Of a stretch of 64,000 nucleotides of DNA, positions 48,689-59,834 are shown in pieces. The first letter of the stretch is position 1; every line of letters begins with the position of its first letter. The translations under genes and the position numbers were made by a program. Source of the stretch: Riemerella anatipestifer. Its GTDB lineage: Bacteria; Bacteroidota; Bacteroidia; Flavobacteriales; Weeksellaceae. The notes beneath the pieces were generated by a model. It worked only from the letters and a program-made list of their open reading frames with translations. It made no database searches and was not told where the DNA came from. The stretch lies in NCBI RefSeq assembly GCF_051132245.1, contig NZ_CP081184.1; one strand, written 5' to 3'.

Positions 48689-49605
48689 AAATTTATTATT
48701 TCTTTAATATCTAAAAAAGTTCCTATTTTAAACAAAACCAAACTCAAAATAACCACCCAAAGCCCTAGCTCTTGCTTCCAATATTGTGGTATAAATCTTA
48801 ATGCTCTACTCACGATAATACTTACTGGTAATGCAATGAATAGCAGATATTCGTACACCGTCCCCATATATAAAAATATCGTTATAGATTGAGTGAGTGT
48901 ATATAGCAATATAAAAGTGTATTTAAACCTACTAATAGGGCTTTTCTTATTAAAATGAATAAAATGATTGGCAACGGCATAAAACACCATCAGTAAAACA
49001 GGTAGCAGAAAATACAACGGATAGTAATTCTCTTGAAGTCGAGGCGTAATTAAAGGTAGATAAGCTGGATTAAATGAATTGTTCCCAAGGAGATACATTA
49101 CTCCAAAGTAAGACAATAATACTAGCATAAAACCAAAAACTAGCCTAAATATATTGAGCCCTATTTTATCTGAAGTTGCTATTAGATGGATAATTACAAA
49201 AATGGTAAATGCCCACACCGTAGGTAAAAATAAATATCCCAAAGCAAGTAACGCCCCCACAATCAGATAGTAATTTTTCTTAAAAACTTCCTCTCCAGTG
49301 GTTAAAATAAGTAATACAAATGCATTAGTGAAAAGATTAAAGGCTATCCCAATATCTAAATTCCCTTCATAAAAAGCAAATACAACGAAAGTATAAATAA
49401 AAAACGGTACGTGTCTATTATAGTTCAGTCCTATCTTATTAAATAAAAAATACCCTAAAGCAATACCCGTGAAGCTAAATAAACCAGAAAAAGCCTCTAC
49501 AGTATTGAAATTTAAAGCATTAAACCCGATTACCATAAGAAACAAAACACCTATATAGATAGGAATAGAAAAAATTTTAATTTCATTTGAGAGTAATCTG
49601 AACAT
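48685..49605 (-). CDS. Polytopic membrane protein (8+ TM helices), unknown function
   Basis: Hydrophobicity pattern. Confidence 0.4.
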   Translation of the reverse strand: MFRLLSNEIKIFSIPIYIGVLFLMVIGFNALNFNTVEAFSGLFSFTGIALGYFLFNKIGLNYNRHVPFFIYTFVVFAFYEGNLDIGIAFNLFTNAFVLLILTTGEEVFKKNYYLIVGALLALGYLFLPTVWAFTIFVIIHLIATSDKIGLNIFRLVFGFMLVLLSYFGVMYLLGNNSFNPAYLPLITPRLQENYYPLYFLLPVLLMVFYAVANHFIHFNKKSPISRFKYTFILLYTLTQSITIFLYMGTVYEYLLFIALPVSIIVSRALRFIPQYWKQELGLWVVILSLVLFKIGTFLDIKEIINL

Positions 49606-49648
49606 TTTTTTATAATTTTGTGCAAAGTTAATTTAAAAAAGAAAAACA

Positions 49649-49882
49649 ATGACTTCTTTCTGGTTATTTTTAAGCGATTTATTTAAATGGTCTTTTGGAT
49701 TCTATGATGCTGCTGGTAATATTTTGAACTGGGTTCTATTCTTACTAGGTTGTGGGTTCTTCATCTACTGGTGCTATACATTAGTAGTTACTCTAGGAGG
49801 AGACAAGGATAAGGAATACCATTCGCCTACGGAAGGTAAGTTCCCTTACTACGATACCAATATTTATAAAAAAGAAGGTTAA
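49649..49882 (+). CDS. Small membrane protein (77 aa)
   Basis: ORF with 2 TM helices. Confidence 0.3.
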   Translation: MTSFWLFLSDLFKWSFGFYDAAGNILNWVLFLLGCGFFIYWCYTLVVTLGGDKDKEYHSPTEGKFPYYDTNIYKKEG

Positions 49883-50050
49883 TCCTTCATTATAAGAATA
49901 TAACAAAACCCTATATTTAACAATATGGGGTATTTTTGTTATACTTCATAAACCATTCATCTTTTCTAGATGTAACAGAAAATTCAAAAATTTCTTTAGC
50001 TATATCGAAATTTGATTTAATTTTGCCCTTATTTTTAATTCAAAGATTAA

Positions 50051-52036
50051 ATGTCTACACTTAACGGAGAGCATTCTCATTTTGACACAAAAAAGCTCTC
50101 AATCATCGGAGTATTAGTCTCTTTAGGTATTGTTTTCGGAGACATAGGTACTTCTCCTCTCTATGTAATGAAAGCCATTGTTAATGCTAGAAAAGATGCT
50201 TCTATTCCTTTTGATGAATATATAGAAGGTGCTCTTTCTTGTATCATTTGGACGCTTACAATTCAAACCACTATAAAATATGTACTCGTTTCTTTAAGAG
50301 CAGATAACAAAGGTGAAGGTGGTATTTTAGCATTGTTTTCATTAGTCAAAAATCTAAAAAAAGGGTGGCTATACCTAATTGCAATACTAGGTGCCTCTGC
50401 ACTGATTGCAGACGGAGTAATAACACCATCACTTACAGTAATGTCTGCTATTGAGGGGTTGAAAATCTATAATCCCGAGACTCCAGTAGTTCCCATTACA
50501 TTAGGGATATTAGTAGCAATCTTCTTTGTACAACAATTTGGAACTTCGTTTATAGGTAAATTTTTTGGACCTGTAATGGTACTTTGGTTTTTGGCTTTGG
50601 GAGGTTTTGGTTTCTTTCGTTTGGCAGAAGACTTAGAGGTTTTAAAAGCCTTTAATCCTTACTATGCTTACAAACTGATAACACACTCTCCTAGTGCCAT
50701 CATTATAATGGGAGCGGTATTTCTTTGTACTACGGGAGCCGAAGCGCTTTACTCTGATTTGGGGCATTGTGGAGCTAAAAATATTAGAGTAAGCTGGAGC
50801 TTTGTTAAAGCAATGCTTATTCTCAATTATTTAGGTCAAGGAGCATGGATATTAAAATATAATCATGAAACTCTTGGCAGCCTCAACCCTTTCTTTGGAA
50901 TAATGCCAGATTGGTTTGTTTTACCTTCAGTAATACTGGCTACTTTAGCAGCTATTATTGCTAGTCAAGCCCTCATTACAGGTTCTTTTACGATATTTTC
51001 AGAAGCAATGTCGCTCAATTTTTGGCCTATCCATAAAATAGATTATCCTTCTGGAGTTAAAGGACAAATGTATATTCCTAAAATTAATTGGGGACTTCTC
51101 CTTATGTGTATAGTAGTGGTACTTTACTTCAAAGAATCCGAAAAAATGGAAGCCGCTTATGGACTTTCTATCACGGTAACTATGCTTACCACTACTTTGC
51201 TACTATCTTTTTTCCTTATCAAAAAACGAGTTAATAAGTTATTGATTTTTCTATTTCTAGGTATTTACGGTACAATAGAGTTAGGTTTCTTCAGTGCTAA
51301 TGTGATAAAATTTCACGAGGGCGGTTGGATTACGGTAGTTCTTGCTGGTTTTATAGGTATTTGTATGTATGCTTGGTATAATGGTAGAATGATAAAAAAC
51401 AGATTTATAAAATTTGTAAAACTAGAGAATTATATTTCTACGATTAGAGATTTAAAACTAGATGATAGTGTGCCTAAATATGCTACTAACCTAGCCTTCT
51501 TTAGCCGTGCTAAAAGGGAAGATGAAATAGAGTCTAAAATTATTTATTCTATAATTAGAGCTCAGCCCAAAAGAGCTGATCATTATTTTATACTGAACAT
51601 CATCAATCAAGAGAACCCTTATACTTTTAAATATGAAATAGATGAGGTGTTACCTGGTACTATTTATAAAATCAATTTCTTACTAGGTTTTAAAATAGAT
51701 AGAAGGATAAATGATTATTTCCAAGATGTATTAGAGGATATGATGAATTCTGGAATTATCTCCGATAAGAGTAACTATCCATCGCTTAGAAGCCATAATA
51801 TACCTCCAGATATGAAGTATGTGATTATAGATAATGTCTATATAAATGATAAACTTTTTACCATAAAGGAAAAAATTACAATGAATATTTATAACTTTGT
51901 AAAAAAATTAGGTAGCAACGATTTTAAAGCCTTTGGGCTTGCCACACACAATGTGGTCGTAGAATCTGCACCACTTTTGTATTCGGCAGCAGGAGATCAA
52001 CGCATACAAATGGATAATTTTAAAACAAGTAATTAA
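50051..52036 (+). CDS. kup: KUP/HAK/KT-family potassium uptake transporter
   Basis: GDIGTSPLYV signature near the N-terminus; 661 aa, 12 TM helices. Confidence 0.9.
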   Translation: MSTLNGEHSHFDTKKLSIIGVLVSLGIVFGDIGTSPLYVMKAIVNARKDASIPFDEYIEGALSCIIWTLTIQTTIKYVLVSLRADNKGEGGILALFSLVKNLKKGWLYLIAILGASALIADGVITPSLTVMSAIEGLKIYNPETPVVPITLGILVAIFFVQQFGTSFIGKFFGPVMVLWFLALGGFGFFRLAEDLEVLKAFNPYYAYKLITHSPSAIIIMGAVFLCTTGAEALYSDLGHCGAKNIRVSWSFVKAMLILNYLGQGAWILKYNHETLGSLNPFFGIMPDWFVLPSVILATLAAIIASQALITGSFTIFSEAMSLNFWPIHKIDYPSGVKGQMYIPKINWGLLLMCIVVVLYFKESEKMEAAYGLSITVTMLTTTLLLSFFLIKKRVNKLLIFLFLGIYGTIELGFFSANVIKFHEGGWITVVLAGFIGICMYAWYNGRMIKNRFIKFVKLENYISTIRDLKLDDSVPKYATNLAFFSRAKREDEIESKIIYSIIRAQPKRADHYFILNIINQENPYTFKYEIDEVLPGTIYKINFLLGFKIDRRINDYFQDVLEDMMNSGIISDKSNYPSLRSHNIPPDMKYVIIDNVYINDKLFTIKEKITMNIYNFVKKLGSNDFKAFGLATHNVVVESAPLLYSAAGDQRIQMDNFKTSN

Positions 52037-52061
52037 ATAATTCTAAAAATAAAAAGACTCG

Positions 52062-52529
52062 ATGGAATATCAAGGAAAAGATATTGAAATAATAAAAGAC
52101 GCTCTAAAGCAGTATTTACAAGAAAACGGATTTAGAAACACGCCTGAACGCTATACTATATTAGAGGAAATTTATAAACTTGATGAACATTTTAATGTAG
52201 ATGACCTCTACCTCATTATGCTTAATAAGAAATATCATGTGAGTAAAGCCACTATCTACAATAGTATAGAAATTTTTCTAGATGCAGGGCTTATTCGTAA
52301 GCACCAGTTTGGCGAAAAATCTATGACTTCGGCTTCTTATGAGAAATCTTTCTTCGATAAACAGCACGACCATTTGGTAATCTATAAAAAGGAAGGAAGC
52401 AAAGAAATTGCGGAAATTATAGAGTTTTGTGACCCTCGTATCCAAGGAATTAAAGATTCTATAGAAGAAATATTTGGAGTGAAAATAGAAAATCATTCGC
52501 TTTATTTCTACGGTCATAAAAAGGCATAA
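52062..52529 (+). CDS. Fur-family transcriptional regulator-like protein
   Basis: Winged-helix region TPERYTILEEIY...VSKATIYNSIEIFLDAGLI resembles Fur/PerR DNA-binding domains; metal-site residues not clear. Confidence 0.5.
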   Translation: MEYQGKDIEIIKDALKQYLQENGFRNTPERYTILEEIYKLDEHFNVDDLYLIMLNKKYHVSKATIYNSIEIFLDAGLIRKHQFGEKSMTSASYEKSFFDKQHDHLVIYKKEGSKEIAEIIEFCDPRIQGIKDSIEEIFGVKIENHSLYFYGHKKA

Positions 52530-54281
52530 ATGAGGCTAATTATACTCGTACTAATGTGCTTAGGGTTTTCTGTATGGGCACAACAGAAAGAGAAAACCTC
52601 TACAATGCCATTGGCAAAAGATGCGTATTTTAAACCGAACCCTAATACCAAAGGTGCTGTTGCAGGAAATGAAGAAAAACTAAAACACATTCACTCAGAT
52701 TCTTTGGTTAGACGCCCCGATTTATACGAGGGTAATCCTGTTTTTATTGGCAATGTAGAGTTTCAGCATCAAGGCTCAGTTTTAAAGGCGGATAAAGTTA
52801 TTTTTTACCAAAACGATAATTTTGTAAAAGCAATAGGCAATGTAGTGCTTACCACTGCCGAAGGTAACCGCATTACTTCCCAAGAAATGGAATATGATGG
52901 TAAAACTCAAAGAGGTATCGCAAGAAAGAATGTAGTACTTACAGACCCACAACAAACCATAAAAACAGAAACGCTCTATTACGACCGTTTACCCAATACG
53001 GCTTATTTTAATTCGGGAGGAACTATTTACAATGTCAGAAATACCATTTGGACGCAGGTGGCCACCTATAACATCAACACGCAGACGGTAGATGTTTCAG
53101 GCAATGTAAGTATTGACAATGATAAATATCGTGTAGAAGGTTCTAAAATCATTCAAAATCAAAAAACCAATGTAGCAGAGTTTCTAGGTGCTACGAAAGT
53201 CATCAATAAACAAAATCCTAGAAATTATGTCTATACAGAAAAGGGGCGTTATCTTATGACTTCCAAAGAGGTATATCTTAATAAAAACTCTAGAATACAT
53301 TACAATGGGAAAGTCCTCACGGGAGAAACCATGTATTATAACCAAAATACAGGCTACGGTACAGCTAAGGGAAATGTCTATTTAGACGACCCAAAAGAGA
53401 ACCGATTTATCAAAGGAGGTTACGGTGAAATTTATGAGTTCAGAGATTCAGCTATGGTAACAGAAAAACCTTATGCGGTGAAGATAATGAAGGAAGATTC
53501 AATCTACTTCGGAGCAGAAAAAATATTAGCCTTCCAAAAGCCAGATAGCACGGGGATAAAAAAAAGCTATCTTAGAGCCTTTCGTAAAGCTAGAATTTTC
53601 AAATCTAATTTCCAAGGCAGAGCCGACTCTCTAAGTTTCAACGAGACTGACGGTATTTTACACCTTATGGGAAAACCGATATTTTGGACGGGACAAAAAC
53701 AAATCTCAGGGGATAAAATAGAGGTCTATATGAATACCCAAAAGGAAGAATTAGATTCCATCAAAGTAATAGGAAATGCTTTTGCTATTAGTAAAGCCGA
53801 TTCGCTTAATAATAAAGATGAGTTCAACCAAGTGAAGGGCAATTTTATGACGGCGTTTTTTGTAGATGGAGAACTTAAACTTACCAAAGTGATTGGCAAT
53901 GCACAAGCCATAACCTATGCCGATTCTCAAGATGAAAAAACAAAACAAGTTGACCGTATTGGTCTCTCTTTTTCTACTTGTGGAGCTATAGAAGCTTTAT
54001 TTGAAGAAAAAAAGGTACAAATCATCTCGTGTAACATTGGGGCAAATACCGATGTGTATCCGATGAGTATGGTAAACAAAGAAAAACGATTTTTTCCAGA
54101 TTTCAATTGGAATACCAGAGACCGACTGAAACATTGGAAAGATATTTTCCTAGACACGCCTAACTATCCCGAGACAGAATATGTGTCTGATGACGGCCTT
54201 TACCAAAAAGCTCAAGAGCTGAAACAAAAGCAAGAAGAAGCAAAAAGGAAAAACGAACCCAAAAGAAAAAAACGAAACTAA
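52530..54281 (+). CDS. OstA-like (LptA/LptD N-terminal-domain) periplasmic/outer-membrane protein
   Basis: Signal peptide; repeated beta-jellyroll-like segments; Lys-rich C-terminus; tentative. Confidence 0.45.
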   Translation: MRLIILVLMCLGFSVWAQQKEKTSTMPLAKDAYFKPNPNTKGAVAGNEEKLKHIHSDSLVRRPDLYEGNPVFIGNVEFQHQGSVLKADKVIFYQNDNFVKAIGNVVLTTAEGNRITSQEMEYDGKTQRGIARKNVVLTDPQQTIKTETLYYDRLPNTAYFNSGGTIYNVRNTIWTQVATYNINTQTVDVSGNVSIDNDKYRVEGSKIIQNQKTNVAEFLGATKVINKQNPRNYVYTEKGRYLMTSKEVYLNKNSRIHYNGKVLTGETMYYNQNTGYGTAKGNVYLDDPKENRFIKGGYGEIYEFRDSAMVTEKPYAVKIMKEDSIYFGAEKILAFQKPDSTGIKKSYLRAFRKARIFKSNFQGRADSLSFNETDGILHLMGKPIFWTGQKQISGDKIEVYMNTQKEELDSIKVIGNAFAISKADSLNNKDEFNQVKGNFMTAFFVDGELKLTKVIGNAQAITYADSQDEKTKQVDRIGLSFSTCGAIEALFEEKKVQIISCNIGANTDVYPMSMVNKEKRFFPDFNWNTRDRLKHWKDIFLDTPNYPETEYVSDDGLYQKAQELKQKQEEAKRKNEPKRKKRN

Positions 54282-54309
54282 CAATTTACTTTTTAACCTT
54301 TAATAGACT

Positions 54310-55491
54310 ATGCAACAAGATTTCTTTAAATATCAAGCTCAAACAACACCTTTTGCTTCTGGGTTTGAGGCAGAAAGAGCAGAAGGGAACTATATTTATG
54401 GAAGAGATGGCAAAGCCTATCTAGACTTTGTAGCTGGAGTGTCTGCTAATACTTTAGGGCATTCGCATCCAAAAATCATTAACGCTATTAAGGAGCAGGC
54501 GGATAAATACCTCCACATAATGGTCTATGGAGAGTATGCACAAGAGAAGCCTGTGGCATTGTGTAAACTACTAGCAGAGGCAACTCCCGCTCCATTAGAG
54601 GTTACCTATTTGGTTAATAGTGGAGCCGAAGCCATAGACGGAGCGTTGAAACTTGCCAAAAGATATACAGGAAGAGAGGAAATTATAGCTTTCAAAAATT
54701 CTTATCACGGCAACACTCACGGAGCATTGAGTGTTTCTGGTAATGAAGTGCATAAAAGAGAATTTCGTCCATTGTTGCCTATGGTTTCGTTCATAGAGTT
54801 TGATAATGAGGGAGATTTGGTCCAAATCACAGAAAAAACCGCAGGCGTTATTGTAGAAACCATACAAGGAGCGGCAGGTTTTCTAGTGCCTAGTCCAAAC
54901 TATCTTATCCAACTAAAAAAAAGATGCGAAGAGGTAGGTGCTTTACTCATACTAGACGAAATACAGCCAGGTTTTGGACGAACAGGCAAACTGTTCGCAT
55001 TTGAACACTTTGGCATTGTACCAGACATTCTAGTGATGGGCAAAGGTATGGGCGGAGGCGTTCCAGTAGGAGCATTTATGAGTTCTAGGGAGATTATGCA
55101 AAGTCTTTCTCATTCTCCTAAATTGGGACATATTACCACTTTTGGAGGTAATCCTTTGATAGCTGCAGCCAGTTATGCAACCTTAAAAGAAATCCTAGAA
55201 AGTGGGTTAATGGAAGAAGTAGAAGAAAAAGAAACTCTTTTTAGACAGCTATTGGTGCACCCAAAAATCAAAAACATCAATGGTAAAGGGCTAATGCTAG
55301 CCGTTAATCTAGGCTCACCAGAATATACCCTAAGAGTGGCTAAAAAATGTATGAATAAAGGGCTTATTGTATTTTGGCAACTGTACCGAAACGAATATCT
55401 AAGAATCTCGCCACCGCTTACTCTAACAAAAGAGGAAATACAGAAAGGGTGTCAAATTATACTAGAAACCTTAGACGAAGAACCATTATAG
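54310..55491 (+). CDS. Class-III PLP-dependent aminotransferase (acetylornithine/ornithine aminotransferase-like)
   Basis: LILDEIQPGFGRTGKLFAFEHFGIVPDILVMGKGMGGG with PLP-binding Lys. Confidence 0.8.
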   Translation: MQQDFFKYQAQTTPFASGFEAERAEGNYIYGRDGKAYLDFVAGVSANTLGHSHPKIINAIKEQADKYLHIMVYGEYAQEKPVALCKLLAEATPAPLEVTYLVNSGAEAIDGALKLAKRYTGREEIIAFKNSYHGNTHGALSVSGNEVHKREFRPLLPMVSFIEFDNEGDLVQITEKTAGVIVETIQGAAGFLVPSPNYLIQLKKRCEEVGALLILDEIQPGFGRTGKLFAFEHFGIVPDILVMGKGMGGGVPVGAFMSSREIMQSLSHSPKLGHITTFGGNPLIAAASYATLKEILESGLMEEVEEKETLFRQLLVHPKIKNINGKGLMLAVNLGSPEYTLRVAKKCMNKGLIVFWQLYRNEYLRISPPLTLTKEEIQKGCQIILETLDEEPL

Positions 55492-55766
55492 CATTAGGCG
55501 TATAAGTTTTATAAATATTTGGGCGTGTCCCAAGCCGAGGCTATTCCCTACGCTTATGGGTCGGTCTGCGGGCAGTCGCTCTTTTTTAGCCGAAGCTCTC
55601 CAGCGGCTAAGCCCAACCTTTCTCCACCTCCGAAAAAAAAGGAGCTCCAACAATGCCCTTTGCCCTCACGCAGTAAAACTCTAAAAATCATAAGATTTGG
55701 TCTTTAAGATTTGCTGGAGTTTGTTTATATTTGTGGGTTACCTGTAAGTCTACTAAAAAAATGTAA

Positions 55767-56312
55767 ATGACAGAAATAAAAAATAGAAAAGAGAATATCA
55801 AATTGATTCTTATTGCTTTTATTTCAAGCCTTATTCTACTATTTTTTGCTACTAAATGGTACTTCTATGAATTACCAGATCAAAATAGTATAGTGGAAAT
55901 TAATGATGTTTTTAAAGAAAAGATTAAAACTGAACGCGGATATAAAGGAAAAATAAGCCTAGTTATCAAATTAAGAAGAAACCCTAACATTAATTTTAAA
56001 ATAAACAGTATTTCTTGGCGAACAACAGATTCCCGTGAATTAATTGAAGAAAATAAAATTGGAGATTCAATTACTTTGTATGTTAAAAAAAGTGATTATA
56101 AAAGTAAAATTTTGAATCCAGAAACGAACGATTCTTATGTTGATGTAGTAGAAATCAGAAACAATAAAACGGTTTATTTGTCTTTAAGTGACTATAATAG
56201 AGTTCATTCTGTTAACAATATATTAGGAATTTTATTCTTTAGTTTTTTTGGAGTATTTATGTTTATACTTGGATTAATGGGCATTAGATACCATAGAAAA
56301 AACTTTAAATAA
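55767..56312 (+). CDS. Hypothetical membrane protein
   Basis: ORF with N- and C-terminal TM helices. Confidence 0.3.
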   Translation: MTEIKNRKENIKLILIAFISSLILLFFATKWYFYELPDQNSIVEINDVFKEKIKTERGYKGKISLVIKLRRNPNINFKINSISWRTTDSRELIEENKIGDSITLYVKKSDYKSKILNPETNDSYVDVVEIRNNKTVYLSLSDYNRVHSVNNILGILFFSFFGVFMFILGLMGIRYHRKNFK

Positions 56313-56566
56313 AGACTTGCAGGTAACATAGTATTTACAATAGGGGCTTACTAATGAAGTTTAGAGTTAAAAATTCCCGCCTCCGCAAAGCGGCAAAATG
56401 TTATCTGCAATTTCCCATCTCAAAGGACGATTTTTTTAAGGCGCTAATGAATTAAAAATTTTACCATTTTAGACAATCAAATAGTAAAATAGATAGAATT
56501 TATGACTATTTGATTATTGAAATTAAAATATAAAGTTATTCAGAATTTTGTGAAAAAATAATGTAA

Positions 56567-57049
56567 ATGAATAAAGTCGCTAAATTAGAATTTAATTCTG
56601 ATAAAAATGTTGAGACTCTAAAAGAGTGCTTTGCTAAATATTTCAACCTTAATCCTGAAAGGAAAAGTGATTTTGAAGACTTTTTCAAACATGAAAATAG
56701 TAAATATCAGGGAATTTTAAAATCTGATAATACATTTTCAATTAAAGCCAACGAGTTAATTTTTTCAAAAAATAATGGAATTGATTTTTTCTTTACCACT
56801 GTGCATGGAAAAATATCTGAAGAAAACAATAAAACTTTAGTAAAATTGGAAGCCGAACTAAGTAGACCAATTATGACTATCTTATTAGTCTCAACTATTA
56901 TCTATCTAATAATTATGTATTTTAGTTTTTCATCAGGTATATTCGGAGTAACTATTTTTGTTGGAATTTATTTCTACGCAAGGAGAAAAGTTAAGGACGA
57001 TTTTGAAATATTTAAAAATGAAATACTGCAGATACTCAACCGTTATTAG
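56567..57049 (+). CDS. Hypothetical protein with C-terminal TM helix
   Basis: ORF only. Confidence 0.3.
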   Translation: MNKVAKLEFNSDKNVETLKECFAKYFNLNPERKSDFEDFFKHENSKYQGILKSDNTFSIKANELIFSKNNGIDFFFTTVHGKISEENNKTLVKLEAELSRPIMTILLVSTIIYLIIMYFSFSSGIFGVTIFVGIYFYARRKVKDDFEIFKNEILQILNRY

Positions 57050-57057
57050 AAATCTTA

Positions 57058-57509
57058 TGAATAAGTACTACCCATTTGTACTTATTTTTGTTATTGTATT
57101 TTTTATTATCACATCTTGTGCTGAAAAAAAAGAATTCAATTCACTCGTATACCGAAGTGGTGGATTTGGCATAGAAAATTATCATTTAATTTTAAATCAT
57201 GATCGGAGTTTCGCTCTAAAGGTAGAATACAACCCTCTTACTGCTGATTCTACAAATGTGGGAACTTTTAAAGGAAAAATAAGTCCTGAACAAATGGAGA
57301 AAATTGAGAAAGCTGTTGCAAAAATTACAAAAAAAGGTTACGATTACAATGATCCTGAATTTGTTTTGGATGCGGGGAATTATGAAGTCATAATTAATAT
57401 TGACAAATCAATAAAGGTGTATAATACTAACAATGCAACTGATGAATTTTATAATGATATAATAACTCCCTTGAATCAAATCTGTGAAAGAATATTAACA
57501 GCTCGGTAA
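57058..57509 (+). CDS. Hypothetical lipoprotein (IITSCAEKK lipobox)
   Basis: ATG at 57058 inside the listed 56958 ORF gives a signal-peptide/lipobox start. Confidence 0.35.
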
Positions 57510-57590
57510 AATGGTAGATTCAATGCTAATCCCAATTTTTGAGTATAACGGTATTGCTTTACTAAGAAATAACAATCTTCTTTCTTTCAA

Positions 57591-58913
57591 TCACTTCAGC
57601 ACTTTTCTAATCAAAGTTTTTTTACCATCAATTTTGTCTAAAGGTTTTAAGCCTAAAATCTCCAAAATAAAAGGGTAAACATCTACATTTCTAAATTCCG
57701 AAATCTCTTTGTTTGATTGAAACTGAACTCCGTTAGCAATGAACATCGCATTCATATCCTTTACCCAATAAGGATTGTAGCCGTGTTTTCCTAAAGTGGT
57801 TTTTTGTCCTTGTTCTAAAAATATTTTTGGAGCTTTGGGCAGAAGGTAAATATCTCCCATTCTGCTAAAACGGTCATCACGAGTAGCGTAATGCAATTTT
57901 TTGGGTAGTTGTTTGGCTAAAACCACCTTGTACTCCAGAGTAGCCTCTTGTTTTAGTTTCTTATAAGTTGCGTTAATATTATGTTTGTCTAAAACAGAAA
58001 TTCTGACTAATGTTTGAGAATTAACATATCGGTATTGATTTTTATCCTTCAAAAAAGAGGGTATTTCTAAAGGGTTTTTAATATCTACATTCGTCATTCC
58101 GTGGTCTGATACAAATACGAAATTCACATTAGGTAAATTTAGCTCTTTTACGCGTTGTACCAGTTCGCCAATGCTTTTATCTACTAGTTGTACGGCATCT
58201 CGTGTTTCAGGAGTTTCTGTTCCGTAGATGTGCCCTGCGTGGTCAACTTCGGGATAGTATAGTGTGATAAAATGCGGACGAATTTCTTCAGGTAGTTTTA
58301 GCCAATCTATAATCTGGGTTACTTTTTCTTCGGGAGTTACTTTTCCGCTATATTTATAAGCGTAGGTAGGTCTTACACCACCAGCATCGCCATCACTTGC
58401 AACCCACATCATTGCGGCAGAAAGCATACCACTTCGTTCCGCTACACCCCAAATAGGATAACCTCCTAACCAAGAGCCGTCACGAATATTTTTGGGATTA
58501 CCAAAATAGAAAGCCTCTTTTCTTTTTTCATCATAGAAATGATTATCCACCATACCGTGGTGCGAAGGATACAATCCCGTAACTAAAGTATAGTGGTTGG
58601 GACCTGTAATAGAAGGATAAGAGGGTATCATAGCTTTGGCACGAACGCCACTTTTACCAAGGGTGATGATGTTTTCGGCATTATATTTTTCGGGATAGTC
58701 GTGGCGAAACCCATCGGCAGAAATCAAAATAACATAAGGCTGTTTCATTGCCCATTCGGTATTTTTTCTGTGAGGCTGTACAATTTTTAAACTATCATTT
58801 TGTGCAAAACATAATACAGAAAACAGAATGGCAATAAGCAAATTCAGTTTCCTAGGACTGTATGGAAAGATTAGTTTATTCTCCGTAAAATTTAATCTAT
58901 GAGTTGTAAACAT
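57591..58913 (-). CDS. Alkaline-phosphatase-superfamily nucleotide pyrophosphatase/phosphodiesterase (NPP/ENPP-like)
   Basis: ISADGFRHDY, TGLYPSHHGMVDN, VSDHGM metal-site motifs. Confidence 0.75.
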   Translation of the reverse strand: MFTTHRLNFTENKLIFPYSPRKLNLLIAILFSVLCFAQNDSLKIVQPHRKNTEWAMKQPYVILISADGFRHDYPEKYNAENIITLGKSGVRAKAMIPSYPSITGPNHYTLVTGLYPSHHGMVDNHFYDEKRKEAFYFGNPKNIRDGSWLGGYPIWGVAERSGMLSAAMMWVASDGDAGGVRPTYAYKYSGKVTPEEKVTQIIDWLKLPEEIRPHFITLYYPEVDHAGHIYGTETPETRDAVQLVDKSIGELVQRVKELNLPNVNFVFVSDHGMTNVDIKNPLEIPSFLKDKNQYRYVNSQTLVRISVLDKHNINATYKKLKQEATLEYKVVLAKQLPKKLHYATRDDRFSRMGDIYLLPKAPKIFLEQGQKTTLGKHGYNPYWVKDMNAMFIANGVQFQSNKEISEFRNVDVYPFILEILGLKPLDKIDGKKTLIRKVLK

Positions 58914-58954
58914 TTTATGAAAATATGGTATTCTTTATCATTATTTTTATGATA

Positions 58955-59746
58955 TTACCTCCATTCTTCAGGAATATCACATACAGGGATTGGGTTCATT
59001 TTGTGCTGAGCCGCTTTGTGCATTCGGTCAAAGATGGTATAGACTTCTCGGTCTCTTCCTGTGTAATCTTCTAGGGTTTTGGTAGGGTATTCTTTCTGTA
59101 TTTTTTCAAGTTCTGGGTAGGTAGCTCCTATTTGTTGCTCATCGGTTCTGTCTGTATCCCAAAGCCCATCGGTAGGAATTGCCTCTTGGATACTTTTCAC
59201 GAGATTCAAAGCTTTAGAAAGGTGGTAAACCTCCGTTTTGTAAAGGTCAGCGATTGGAGAAACATCTACGCCACCATCGCCATATTTGGTGTAGAAACCA
59301 ATCCCAAAATCTTCCACCTTGTTGCCTGTACCACACACGAGGAGTCCGTTAATTTGTCCGTAATAGTAGAGCGTAAGCATTCTTAATCTACTTCTGGTAT
59401 TAGCAAAAGCCAATTTTTCGTTAGGGTAGAGGTCATCTTGGACATTAAAGGTCTTATAAAGCTCCTCAAAAGCAGGAGTGAGGTTTACGCTCATTGCTTC
59501 CACATTATCAGGAAAGCGTTTTTTGAGGTCTTCTATATGTTCCCACGCACGGCTCACTTGGTCTTGCTGTTGTCTAATGGGCATTTCTAGTAGTAGGGTT
59601 TTAAGTCCCGTCATCGCACATAGTGTAGAAACTACTCCAGAATCTACACCGCCAGAAACTCCTACCACATAGCCTTTTGCATTAGCTTTTTGGGCGTAAT
59701 CTTTTAACCAATTTACAATGTGCTGAATTACTTTATCTGTTTGCAT
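58955..59746 (-). CDS. nadE: NH3-dependent NAD+ synthetase
   Basis: GVSGGVDSGVVSTLC PP-loop; 263 aa. Confidence 0.9.
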   Translation of the reverse strand: MQTDKVIQHIVNWLKDYAQKANAKGYVVGVSGGVDSGVVSTLCAMTGLKTLLLEMPIRQQQDQVSRAWEHIEDLKKRFPDNVEAMSVNLTPAFEELYKTFNVQDDLYPNEKLAFANTRSRLRMLTLYYYGQINGLLVCGTGNKVEDFGIGFYTKYGDGGVDVSPIADLYKTEVYHLSKALNLVKSIQEAIPTDGLWDTDRTDEQQIGATYPELEKIQKEYPTKTLEDYTGRDREVYTIFDRMHKAAQHKMNPIPVCDIPEEWR

Positions 59747-59834
59747 AGCTTTTTGTGATATTTAAAATTAGAAGCGTAAAAATACAGAAGTTTTTGGATT
59801 ATGGACTAAAATAAGCGTTTAAAAATGATTACTT

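Noticed and set aside
55519-55707. ORF 55519..55707 (+) encoding a Pro/Ser/Ala-rich 62-aa peptide
   Set aside because: It coincides with a short GC-rich island and has no start context. It is probably a non-coding repeat remnant.
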